From: the human T2T-CHM13v2.0 reference genome, Homo sapiens
NCBI RefSeq assembly: GCF_009914755.1
Contig: NC_060925.1
Length of the DNA stretch: 64,000 nucleotides
Strand: one strand, 5' to 3'
Shown here: positions 1 to 13,626 of the stretch, piece by piece
Numbering within the stretch: position 1 is the first letter of the stretch
How the letters are laid out: each line of letters begins with the position of its first letter
Translations under genes and position numbers: made by a program
Notes under the pieces: generated by a model
Database searches by the model: none
Told to the model about the DNA's origin: nothing
Seen by the model: the letters and a program-made list of their open reading frames with translations, nothing else

Positions 1-299
1 AAGATTAATGACCTGCAGGTGTGCCTTAAGTCATGCCTGGCATGGTCTTAGGTCTTGTTTATAATTTGATATCTCATTACCACAATGAGTCTGTTTTGTC
101 AGTCTTATGATCTCTATTTTCAGATGAATCCTGGTCAGTTTTTGTGCCTTAAATTTAAAAGGAAGAGGGTAAAATGAGGTGTATCCTACTTCCCATCTCA
201 TAGTGGCCAGAACTCAGTTTTTTAAGTGAGACTGCAGACTTTTTTTGCAGTCCCCTTGGCCACAAGGGGTCTCTTCTGTCATTGGAGGACTTAGGATTT

Positions 300-625
300 T
301 ATTTTATTATCATTTTTTTAGAGGCAGGATCTCACTCTTTTGCCTGGGGTGGAGTGCAGTGGCATAATCATAGCTCACTGTAACCTTGAACTCCTGGCCT
401 GAAGTGATTCTCTCACTTCAGTTTCTTGAGTAGCTAGGACTACAGGCATGAGCCACGATGTCTGGCTACTTTTTAATTTTTTTTTTTTTGTAGAGATGGG
501 GTTTTGCTACGTTTCCCAGACTGGTCTTGAACTCCTAGCCTTAAGCTATCCTCTCACCTCAGCCTCCTGCATGGCTAGGACTACAGGTGTGTGACCCCAT
601 GCTCAGCTAAAAATTTTATTTTTAG
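300..625 (-). mobile_element. Old Alu (AluJ-like) inside an ERV LTR remnant
   Basis: Antisense Alu motifs (ggagtgcagtggcataatcatagctcactg; ttgaactcct...cctcagcctcc) with T-rich tail; diverged. Confidence 0.8.
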
Positions 626-2839
626 TTTACATTTGTTACATCAGGAATAGAAAATTAATATAGTACCCAACAGAGCCACAATTATTTTAATTTCAAAACC
701 CAGTCTTGGTTCAGAAGCTAGACCTCCTTTGAATTAGACATGGGACTAATGAATGCACCCTCCAACCAACTCTATCCCACTTAAAGATAGTGAGGGTAGG
801 GACCCCAGGAGAAACAGTGCTTGATGAAGACTATCTTAACAGTTCTATAACCCCCACACTCATCCTGTTCTTTATATATTTGAAGCTGACCATAAGAGAG
901 GAATCACGGACCAGTTCCCTGGCCATTTCCTTCCTAAATTCTGCATTGAGAGATCTGTAATATCTGATGTATCTAAATTGGCAATTCAAAGTAAAGCAGA
1001 GATGCATTTGAATAACCTGCTACACATGCAAATAGTTGCTAAATAAACACATGCAGGCCTTGAGATGGAACTATGTATCACATTTTCACATCTGCCATTA
1101 GAACATAATGTCTTCCTTCTACAAAGTGAACTTTCCTACCCTGTCAGTTTACTCCTCAGTAATTTGTCTTAAGGTGTTACAAGGATACAAATCATGAATG
1201 AAAAAAAAAATAAGAAACGTGTCTTATGATATTTTGTGCAAATAATGGTTACCAAAGAAAGGCCTTGTTGATGTTAACTCTGGTTTGCACCAACTTGCCC
1301 CATGTCCAAACGAGGAAAGTGATGAAGACAGATCTCTCAGTGGCTGCTACATGCTAGGTTTTTTTCAGGAAGATTTACATTTTATTACCATAAAGACAAA
1401 AAAATAAAAATAGGAATGTATGAGTTATCAATATCACCAGCCTGATACTTGAGTGTACATTATTCATAGAAATATCATTATCTAAATCAGTCTTAGGGTG
1501 ATCACCTAAATGAGTTCTCACCTCTGGGACTAATTGCTTTCTTGTGCTGAGAAGTGAGGATGACTGTTGATTTAGTACAAGAGATTAATTACTTTCAGAG
1601 CTCCTTCAGAGATCATTTGTACTCCATCTGAAAGATTGATCTGTTTGAATTCAAATTATACCACTGAGATATTGAACAAAAAGCAGCTAAAGAGAAGAAA
1701 AATATCTTCCTAGACATTGGGATAAAAGGTGGGGGTTGGGGAATCTGATTTTCATGTTGGAGAATTGCATTTTTGGAGTTTAAACTGCCCAGCTGCCCTT
1801 AGACTCATCCTGGACTCTTGCCATTTGCTTCCTCTGCCTGGGGAGACAGCACTTTGTGAATGCATGCTCCAGCTGTGTGGCCCCAGCCTGGTCTTCTGGG
1901 AATGAGGAATGTTGGCAGGAGTTGAGGGATCACCATAATAAGCTCTTATTAACTGGCGTTTCTTGGGATTCTCTTTGGAGGGTTCAAAAGGAAACTTTAA
2001 AAGCATTTACTTCCTGTGATAAAGCAGTCAACAGCAAACCTGTAGTGAAAGGATCACAGGTTTCCAAAGAGCAAGCTAATTAGAAAATCTCAAGGGGGTA
2101 AAACTCTGCAGCATGCCGGTGGTTTGGCTGCCCATTATGATATATATTGTACTCAGGATTACAGGATATATAATATTTATGTATGTTTTTATGCATGCAT
2201 ATGTATATGTATTTGTTATACACACATAAGCTTACTATTTATTTTGAAAATATTTTAGACTTATAGAAAAGTTACAAAAATTATAAAAAAATATAGCCTT
2301 CACTCAGCTTATCCTAAGGCTAACATTTTACCTGATCATAGTATTGTTTCCAAAACCAGAAAGTTATCACTGATACAACGCAATTGACTAAAATACAGGC
2401 CTTACTCAAATTTCCCCAGCTTTCTCACTAATGTCTAATCCAGGATCCCAAATTGCATTTGATTGACACATCTTCTTAATCTCTTTCCATCTCTGATGGT
2501 TCCTCAGTCTTTCCTTGTCTTTTTTGACCTGGACGCTTTTTAGGAGTTCTACTCAGTTGTCTTGTTGAATGGCCCTGAGTTTGAGTTTGTTGGCTGTTTG
2601 TTCATTATTAAATAGAGGACATGCATTTGGCAAGAGTGCCACAGAAGTTATATTGTACGCTTCCCAGAGCATTATATCAGGAGGCATATAATACCAATCC
2701 ATCTTGTTAGTAATGATGTTATTCTTAATTAGCAAAAATGAGTTTTCAGTTAGGAGATGATGGGAGCGAAACACACCAAACCAGTAGAATGCTCCAGTCT
2801 GGACAAGAAACTGGCTTGATGGAAGGCAATGGCTTTGTA

Positions 2840-4170
2840 AAAAATTTAATTTTAATTTTAGATTCAGGGGGTACTTGTGCAGGTTTATCATTAGGTTGTG
2901 GCAAAAGTGATTGCGATTTTTGCCATTACGTTCAATGGCAAAAACCACAAACACTTTTGCACCAACCTAACACAAGGGCAGATTGTGTGATGCTGAGCTT
3001 TGGGCTTCTGTTGATCCCATCACCCAAACAGTGGACATAGTACTCAATAGGAAGTTTTTCAGCCCTTGCTCCTCTCCCTCTCTGCCTCCTTTTGGAGTCT
3101 CCAGTGTCTGTTGTTCCTAACTTTATGTCCATGTGTACCCAGAGTTTAGCCCCCACTACTAAGTGAGAACACATGATATTTGCTTTTCTGTTTCTGTGTT
3201 AATTCACTTAGGATAATGACCTCCAGCTGCATACATGTTGCTGCAAAGGACATAATTCTATTCTTTTTTTATGGTAGTGTAGTACTCCATGGTATATATG
3301 TACCACAGTTTCTTAATGCAATCCACCGTGGATGGTCATCTAGTTGATTCTATATCCATGCTATTGTGAATAGTGCTGCAATAAACTTATGAGCGCAGGT
3401 GTCTTTTTGGTAGAACAATATATTTACCCTTGAATATATACCCAGTAATGGGATTCATGGGTTGAATGGTAGTTCTAGGTTCCTTGAGAAATCTCCTAAC
3501 TGCTTTCCACAGGGGCTGAACTAATTTACATTCCCACATAAGTATTCCCTTTTCTCTACAGCCTTGCCAGCATCTGTTATATTGTTACTTTTTAGTAATA
3601 CTCATTCTGACTGGTGTGAGATGATATCTCATTGTGGTTTTGATTTGTATTTCTCTGATGATTAGTGATGTTGAACTTTTTTTACATATTGGTTGGCTCT
3701 ATGTCTTCTTTTGAAAATTGTCTATTCATGCCCTTTGCTCATTTTTTAATGGAGTTGTTTTTTGCTTGTTGATTTGTTTCAGTTCCTTATAGATTCTGGA
3801 TATTAGACCTTTGTCAGATGTATAATTTGTGAATATTTTCTCCCATTCTGTAGGTCGTCTGTTTATTCTGTTGATAGTTTCTTTTTCTGTGCAGAAGCTC
3901 TTTAGTTTAATTAGGCCCAACTTGTCAATTTTTGTTTTTGTTGCAATTGTTTTTGAGCACCTAGTCATAAATTATTTGCCAAGGCGAATGTCCGGAAGTG
4001 TATTTCCTAGGTTTTCTTCTAGGATTTTTTATAGTTTGAGGTCTTACATTTAAATCTTTAATTCATCTTATTTTTTGTATATGCTGAGAAGTAGGAGTCT
4101 AATTTCATTCTTCTGCATATGGTTAGCCAGTTTTCCCAGCACTATTTATTGAATAGGGAGTCCTTTTCCC
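2840..4170 (-). mobile_element. L1 (old L1PA/L1PB-type) 3' fragment, ORF2 C-terminus + 3'UTR
   Basis: ORF 3726..3968(-) [36 protein letters not shown] is L1 ORF2; typical 3'UTR sequence. Confidence 0.9.
2891..2970. mobile_element. MADE1 (Hsmar1-derived MITE), 80-bp palindrome inserted in L1 3'UTR
   Basis: ttaggttgtggcaaaagtgattgcgatttttgccatt...aatggcaaaaaccacaaacacttttgcaccaacctaa: two ~37-bp inverted arms. Confidence 0.9.
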
Positions 4171-4272
4171 ATAAACACTGGCTTTGATGCATTCTAAGTG
4201 TTTCTTACTTTTGACTATGACTTATAATAGCAACAATAACAAGAATGATAAAAATAAAAAATGAAATACATG

Positions 4273-4587
<315 letters not shown>

Positions 4588-4670
4588 TTACTGAGCCGGA
4601 CACTGTACTAAATGTTTTCCGTTTAATATTGTTTTCATTTAATTCTTACGACAAATTATGAGATAGGTAC

Positions 4671-5537
<867 letters not shown>

Positions 5538-5754
5538 GGTACTATTATTGTGTTCACCGTTTTTATGCGAAGAAACAGATGCAATGGGATTAGGAATCTT
5601 GCCCAAGGTCACAAAGTTCCTATGAGCCAGTGTCAAGATGCAAGTTTAGGCTGCCTGGCTCCTGACTATTCTACACAAACCATGTGGTCTCTTACCAGTC
5701 TAAGGGCTACAGAAGTAATCCATGTCATGAAAGGACTCAGCCCACTTACAATCA

Positions 5755-6280
5755 CTCACCCCACACACTACATGCACCACACACATACCACATCATACAC
5801 ATTATACACACACCACACATACCACACCTCACAGATACACACATGCACCATACACACCAACACCGACCCCCACACACACCCACACCCAGCTACGCTACAG
5901 ACCACCCACACTACACATTATACATTACACACCCCGCACACCACACATCACAGATGCACACACGCACCACACAACACACACACAACATACACCACACACA
6001 CCCACACACACCACACACCTCCCCACACATCCACAGCCCCCCATCACACTGCAGATGCTATGCATCACAGATACACACATGCACCACACACCACACCTCC
6101 CCACCCCCGACACAGCCACACCTCTCTACACACCACAGACATCACACATCACAGACACACACATTCACCACCCACCACACACCCACAATATACACGCAGG
6201 CATGCACATACCACTCACAAATCACTCACGCACTGACGCATGCATGGTAACATAGACATACACTCATGGTTACATAACTG
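5755..6280. repeat. Degenerate CA-rich low-complexity tract
   Basis: cacac/caccaca/cacagat motifs; source of spurious His/Thr-rich ORFs. Confidence 0.9.
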
Positions 6281-6715
6281 AAAAAAAGTTATGCAAACAA
6301 AATGTGTCTCTGTCAGATGTGTTGCTCCAACATTTTGTTTTGTCTTTCATTTTATTTTTTAGAGTGCTGGACACTGCCCACTACATTAATGGTTCTCTCA
6401 AGGTGGGGCAGCCCTGCCTGTAGCCAACTAGACTGAGATAACAGTATTAGCCTCTTCTCTACAAATCCAATTTGAGGCCAGACAACAGAGGGAACTCGGT
6501 GGGTGAGGACAGTGTAGACTGGCTGTGCTGTAGATATTTTTGAGAAAATTTGTGATTGTGAGTGGGGCATATGGGTTATACTTTTTGGGTTTCATGATAT
6601 AAATTTTGAGAATGCTTGATTCAATGATTTGTCATCTCTTTTGCTTAATAAGAGATATATACTTTGATGAAGAGCCACAAGAGAATGTCTAAAGTACTTT
6701 TAAGAAATATTTTTG

Positions 6716-7009
6716 GGCCAGGCACAGTGGTGCACACCTGTCATCCCAGCCCTTTGGGAGGCTGAGGCAGGTGAATTGCGTGAGCCCAGGAGTTCAAGAC
6801 CAGCCTGGGTAACATGGCAAGACCTCATCTCTACTAAAAATTTAAAAATCAGCCAGGCACAGATGCCTGTATTCCTAGGTACTAGGGAAGCTGAAGCGGG
6901 AAGATGGCTTGAGCCCTGAAGGTTGAGGCTGCAGTGAGCCAAGATTGAGCCACTGCATTCCAGCCTGGGCAACAGAATGACAGCCTGTCTTTTTAAAAAA
7001 GAAAAAAAA
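6716..7009 (+). mobile_element. AluJ
   Basis: Diverged dimeric Alu. Confidence 0.85.
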
Positions 7010-7157
7010 GTGTTTTTGAAGAAAAGTCCAATCTCTTGTAAATAAAGTCTTTATAGCTAATTTATACTTTCTAGGTAATGACTAACACAATGAAAACTAA
7101 GCTCTTTATGAAGTCTTTGCAGTAAAGGGTTGATTCAGCAGAAAAAAAGGCGTCGCC

Positions 7158-7832
7158 TGTGTCAACCCCAAATAACCAAAAGGATCAGAATCTAGTTTAA
7201 AGAGAGTTTATTCAAGCACAAAGTTGAGGACAGGCCTGCCTGGGAAGCACAGATTCCAAAGAATGGAAGTCAGTGCTCCAAACTGTAGATTTGAGATTGC
7301 TTATATAGACAAAGCATGGGGAAGTTTAACAGACTTTCAACATCTTTCTATATAAGGGTTAATGCATAGTTACAACAATCTGAGTAGGTCAAGGTAGTCT
7401 TGTTCCTTCCTTCCCTCCCTCCCTCCCTCCCTCCCTCCCTCCCTCCCTTCCTTCCTTCCTTCCTTCCTTCCCTTCCTTCCTTCTTTCCTTTCTTCCTTTT
7501 ACTTTATTTCTTTCTTTGAAAGGCATATTTAGCATTCTACCCTGACGATGTAACGGTCATAGAGGGACTTGGGTGTCATCTGGTCTGAGTTAGTTACAGG
7601 ACAATAAAGGAGGCAGTTAATCTAAAAAAAAAAAATCAGTGATTGGATGGAGGCGTGAAGGTCTGGTTTCTGGTCTCCTAGTCATTTATAGAACAAGAAT
7701 AAAAATGAAGAGAGTTAAGCTGTAATCTAAGAAGCACAACTGTAAACATTCTATGTGATTCAATCTCTGGGACTTAACTTCTCCTTTGGCATAATATATT
7801 TAGAGGGTCCTGAAATTTTCTTTTCTTTCACA
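7158..7832. mobile_element. ERV1-class LTR remnant containing a (CCTT/CCCT)n microsatellite (about 7400-7515)
   Basis: tgtcaacc...gagagtttattcaagc start and tttcttttctttca end typical of antisense MER4-group LTRs. Confidence 0.55.
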
Positions 7833-8229
7833 CCTGGCTATTAAGAAGCTACCTCTAAGCCCTTGGAATATCCTGCCTGATAAAAGTGTTTTTATTTACT
7901 TGCAGCTTGGGCTACCCCAGACAGTCTATGTGAACAATATGATTTATGGTGTGGGCCTTGACTCATGCAGTACCAGCTTGACCTTTGGATGGGTTGGAGA
8001 CTCAGGCTAACCACTCAGGTAGTCAATCATATCTATTTGACTCACCTCTGAGAGAAACTCTGGACACCCAGGCTTGAGTGTCCTTCCCTGGTTGACAATT
8101 GTCTATATGCATTGTCATACGTTGTTGCTTGGAAAACTAAGCACTGTCTATACAACTGCACAGGGAAAAGACAACTGGAAGTCTGTTGTGGTCTTTTCTG
8201 GATACTCTATATGTTTTACCTTTGGTCAT

Positions 8230-9755
8230 TTATTTTTCCCAGATTTATTGAGGTATAATTGGTATCCAGAAAATGGCACATAATTAATGTATACAATTTG
8301 GACATAGGTGCATACTCATGTTACCATCACCTCAGTAAAGGCAATGAACACATCCATCAATTTCAGAAGTTTCCTTTTATCCCTTTGTTGTTGTTTTCGA
8401 TAAGAACATTCAACATGAGAAAAATCCTCTAACATTTTTAAGTGCACAAAACCTTATTGTTAACTTACGCACTATGTTGTACAGCAGTTCTTCAGAACTT
8501 ATGTTATGTAACTGTAACTTTATATCCATTGAATAACAACTCCCCATATCCCTCTCCCCCATCTCCTGGTAACCAGGATTCTATTGCCTACTTTTTATAT
8601 GTTTGACTATTTTAAATACCTCATATAAGAGGAATCAGGCAGTATCTGTCGTACTGTAACTGACTTATTTCATTTAGTATCATGTCTTTCAAGTCCATCT
8701 AAATGACTGCAAATAGTAGGATTTCCTTCTTTTTAAAAGGCTGAATAATATTCTGTTGTCTGTATGTTTGTGTATACACATGTGCATTTTCTTTATCCAC
8801 TCATCTCTCAATGGACATTTATTTGGGTTGTTTCCATATCTTGGCTATTGTGGATAATGCTACTATCAATGGGAGTGCAAATACCTCTTCAAGATTCTAA
8901 TGTTTATTCTTTTGGCTACATACCCACAAGTGTTATTGCTGGATTATTTGACAGTTCTAGTTTAAGTCTTTTTTTCAGGAAACTCCATTCTATTTTCCAT
9001 AATAGCTGTATTAATTCACATCTCCACCAACAATGTATAAGGTTTCCCTTTTCATTACATCTTTGACAACATTCTTTTCTTTTTTGTTAATTGATTGATT
9101 GATTAAAGACATTCTAACAGGTATGAGATGATATTTCACTGTGGTTTTGATTCCTGTTTCTCTGATGATTAGTGATGTTGAGCATCTTTTTATATGTCTG
9201 CTGGCCCTGGCCATTTGTAGGTCTTTGGAGAAATGTGTGTACTCAGGTCCTTTGCTCATTTTTATATCAGGTTATTTTTGTTTTTGCTATTTATAGGAGT
9301 TCCTTATGTTGGAAATTAACCCATCATCAGATATGTTCTTTGAAAATATTTTCTCTCATTCTTTGGGTTGTCTTTTTATTTTATGGGTTGTTTCCTTTGT
9401 AATGCTGAAACTTTTTAGTTTGATATAGTCCCACTTGTCTATTTTTGGGTTTTTTTTGTGGTTTTTTTTGCCTGTCTTTTTGCTGTCAGATATATGAAAT
9501 CATTGCCTGGACCTAGAAAAGTCAAGGAGCTTTACTTCTATGTTTTCTTCTAGGATTTTTAGGGTTATATAACTTACGTTTTAGTGGTTAATCCATTTTG
9601 AGTTAATTTTTGTGTATGGTGTAAGACAAGACTCCGATTACATGCTTTTGGATGTGGATATACAATTTTCCCTATTTATTGAAGAGACTATCATTTTCCT
9701 ATTGTGTATTCATGGCACTCTTGTTAAACATCAGCTGACAATGTATGCATGGGTA
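8230..9755 (-). mobile_element. L1M (L1MA/MB-type) 3' fragment inserted in a MER21-like LTR
   Basis: L1 ORF2 C-terminal remnant ([14 protein letters not shown]...KYHLIPVRM); LTR-like flanks about 7835-8230 and 9755-10330. Confidence 0.75.
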
Positions 9756-9824
9756 CCTTTGCTGATTTTAACCTGTATTCTTTCACTTTAATAAGTCAAA
9801 ACTCACTGTAATGAATATACACAT

Positions 9825-10276
9825 TTTCTTTTTTCTTCTTTTTCCCTTTCTTCCCTCCCTCCCTCCCTCCCTCCTTTCTTTCTTGCTTGCTTGCTTGCTT
9901 GCTTGCTTTCCTTTCCTTCCTTCCCCTTCCCCTTCCTCTTCTCCTTCCTTCCTTTTCTCTCTCTCTCTTTCTTTCTTCTTTCTTAGATGAGGTCTCGCTC
10001 TGATTGTCACTGGCTGGAGTGCAATGACACAATCATAGCTCACTGCAACCTCAAACTCCTGTGCTCATGTGATCCTCCTGCCTCAGCCTCCTGAGTAGTT
10101 GGGACTCCAGGTGTGTATGGCCTGCATCTGGCTATTTTGTTGTTGTTGTTAATTTTTTTAGAGATGGGATCTTGCTATGTTGTCCAGGCTGGTCTCTAAC
10201 TTCTAGTCTCAAGCTATCCTCCCAACTCAGCCTCCCAAAGTGTTGGAATTATAGGCTTGAGCCATCACACCCAGCC
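9825..10276 (-). mobile_element. AluJ with long CT-rich microsatellite tail
   Basis: Alu body about 9985-10276; (TCCC/CTTG/CT)n tail. Confidence 0.8.
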
Positions 10277-10673
10277 TATAACAACTTTTCTGAGTTCTGT
10301 AAGTCCTTCCAGCCAGTCATTGAACCTGAGAGTGGTCTTTGGGTCAACCAACAACAGGCCAATGTTTGGGAACTTAACAAAGAGAAAGAAGCCAGAGGAG
10401 TGTGACTGTGGCCACAGTCTGGTTTTCCTCTGATTTCACAGGGACCAGTCCTGCCCACAGAGTGCTAGGCCTCCTCTTTGGTGGTGAGTAGCCCCCATAT
10501 TTGTGGCTATACTGCCAGCCCAACCTGGCACACAAAGAGGAGGAAGGACAAAGAGGAGGAAGAAGGTCTGAGTAGCAAGGGTTCTGCTGCTCAAGGAAGC
10601 AAGACTACCTTTAAGAATTGGCTCCTGTTCTGTTCCCCAATCCAATAATCATCCTCGTGTCTGGTGCTGTTAG

Positions 10674-11362
<689 letters not shown>

Positions 11363-11624
11363 GGCTTGCAGTTTTATGCAGTTTTAAATAGGCTCCCTGG
11401 TTCTCAGGCCGTTGACTCAAATTGGAATTACAACACTGGCTTTCCTGGGTCTTCAGCTTGCAGACAGCAGATTTTGAAACCTCTTAGTCTCCATAATCCA
11501 TAAGCCAATTTCTCATAAATCTTTTCATATATACATATATATATATATTCTCTTGGTTCTCTTTATCTGGAAAACTCTAACTCTCACAATCATGCATACG
11601 TTTATCATTCCTTATGGATATTCT

Positions 11625-11750
11625 TTTTCTTTTAGAGATGGGGTCTTGCTCTGTCACCTAGGTTGGAGTGCAGTGGCACGATCACAGCTCACGGCAGCCT
11701 CAAGCTCCTGGGCTCAAGCAATCTTCCTGCCTCAGCCTCCTGAGTAGCAG
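11625..11750 (-). mobile_element. AluJ right arm (left arm resumes at about 18208-18332 after the L1)
   Basis: The two Alu halves flank the L1 at the Alu middle linker. Confidence 0.7.
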
Positions 11751-12114
11751 CACACCTATAGCTCCAGCTGCTTCTAATTGGCCATCTTGGCCCCTCCCTC
11801 CTACAAAAAACTTTTAGAGGGAAGGGACAAAATTACTGATTAGAAGCAGCTGCAGTCTTCAGCGCTCACCAAGAAGAATGAAAATGGTAAGTGCATTCTA
11901 TACCTTCAACTGAGATATCCAGTTGATATTGGATGCTGGCTAGGCAGTGACCCATGGAGAGCAAGGAAAAGCAAGGTGGGGCGACAGCCCACCTGGGAGC
12001 TGCATGGAGCAAGGGGATCGCCCGCTCCCAGGCCAGGGAGGCCGTGAGGGATTGCACTACCCCACCCAGGAAATCACACTTTTCCCATGGATCTTTGCAA
12101 CCCATAGATCAGGA

Positions 12115-12694
12115 TGTAAAAAGTAAAGTAGAGGTTCCTCTTCAAAGATTTTCCTCCCCATTTAATTAGGAATAAATAGTAACTTCTCTTAGAAGCAAAA
12201 TTTATTCAAAGACCTGTGCTAACATTCTTAAATATCTGCTAGCCGTGGTAAAGAAATCAAAGTACTTTATGTCACAATTTAGCCTAAATATTTGCCCTAG
12301 CATGCTTATGCTGGTCCAAGCAAGCATTAGGTGATAGCCTGTTCCTCTTCCTTATGTGAAGGTGCTTTTTACCTTTCTCAGCATTCCACCAGTTACTTCC
12401 TCCTTCCTTTGTTCCCCTCTACCTTTGCCTCTTTAAGAAAGTTCTAAGTTGCTAGCCGATCGGAACAAATACAGGATGTGAGGTCCCGTGCCAGCCGATG
12501 GAAACCAGACACAGCAGTAGGGTGGATGCGTCAGGTTATAAATGACCCTGTCTTCTTTGTTTGGTGTACTCTCATGGCAAAACTGCTGGCAAGCATACCT
12601 TTTCTGCAGTAAGTAAAAATGGCCTTGCTGAGTAAATTAAATGTATGTTCAAGTGCTATTTCTTTACGGCACTGGGGAACAAGCATTTCAAACA
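12115..12694 (+). mobile_element. ERV1 solo LTR (LTR10-like) inserted in the L1 5'UTR
   Basis: TG...CA termini, 4-bp TSD agga, 580 bp; subfamily from memory only. Confidence 0.7.
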
Positions 12695-13549
12695 AGGAGA
12701 TTCCTTCTTGAGCCTATGCCACCAGGGCCTTGGGTCCCAGGCACAGAGCTGTGCAGACCTGGTGGCCACTCCAGTCAGCAGCTGCTCGGGAAGGCACAGA
12801 GATGCAGGAGTTTTTGCATGCTGAAGCTTGAAAATTCCTGTGAGGCAGGAGATCTGTCTGTTCCTGTAGGAAGGGGGCTGAAGCCAGGAACCCAAGGGGC
12901 ATCTTTCAGTGGGCTCCACTCCCACAAAACCTTACCAGCTAAGACCCACTGGCTTAGAAATCCCCATGGGCCAGTGGCAGCGACTGGAGACTGCCTGAGA
13001 TGACCGAGTTCCTGGGGAAAGGGGCAGCTGCCATCTCTGCAGCTCCAGTTGGCTATTTTGCCCTCCTAATGCTGGGGAGACTGGGTGGTTTGGACCGGGA
13101 GGGATTCCCCACAGTGGAGCTCAGCAGCTACGGCAGGTTGTGGCCAGATTGCTTCTTTACATGGGACCCCGACCCATTCCTCCTCACTGGGTGGGGCCTC
13201 CCTGTGGGAATTTCAGCAACTCCAGCCAGGGTTTAATGGACAGAACTCTGATCTCCCTGGGATGCAGCCCCTTGGGGGAGGGGCAGCCATGGTCTCTGCA
13301 GTTCAGCCGACAGCCTTTCCCGCCTGCTGGCTTTGGAGAGTCTGGGCAGTCCAGATGACAGGGGTTCTCCCCAACAGTGTACCAACTCCACCAAGGGGCA
13401 GCCAGACTACTTCTTCAAGCAGGTCCCCCCAATCCTATCCCTCCTGACTGAATGAGACCTCCCAACAGGGGTCTCCAGACACCTCCAGCAGCATTTGGGC
13501 TTGAATCAGGTCAATGTTCCTCTGGGAAGGAGCAGGCTGCCACCTTTGC

Positions 13550-13626
13550 TCTCCTGACCTCATGATCCGCCCACCTCGGCCTCCCAAAGTGCTGGGATTA
13601 CAGGCGTGAGCCACCGCACCTGGCTC
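13550..13626 (-). mobile_element. Alu 5' fragment at an internal L1 deletion
   Basis: ctcctgacctcatgatccgcccacctcggcctcccaaagtgctgggattacaggcgtgagccaccgcacctggc. Confidence 0.85.

Noticed and set aside
900-2100. Non-repetitive stretch with a coding-like feel
   Set aside because: No recognisable protein motif or consistent frame; needs BLASTX
5550-6250. 228-aa and 188-aa His/Thr/Pro-rich ORFs
   Set aside because: CA-rich low-complexity DNA lacks stops by composition
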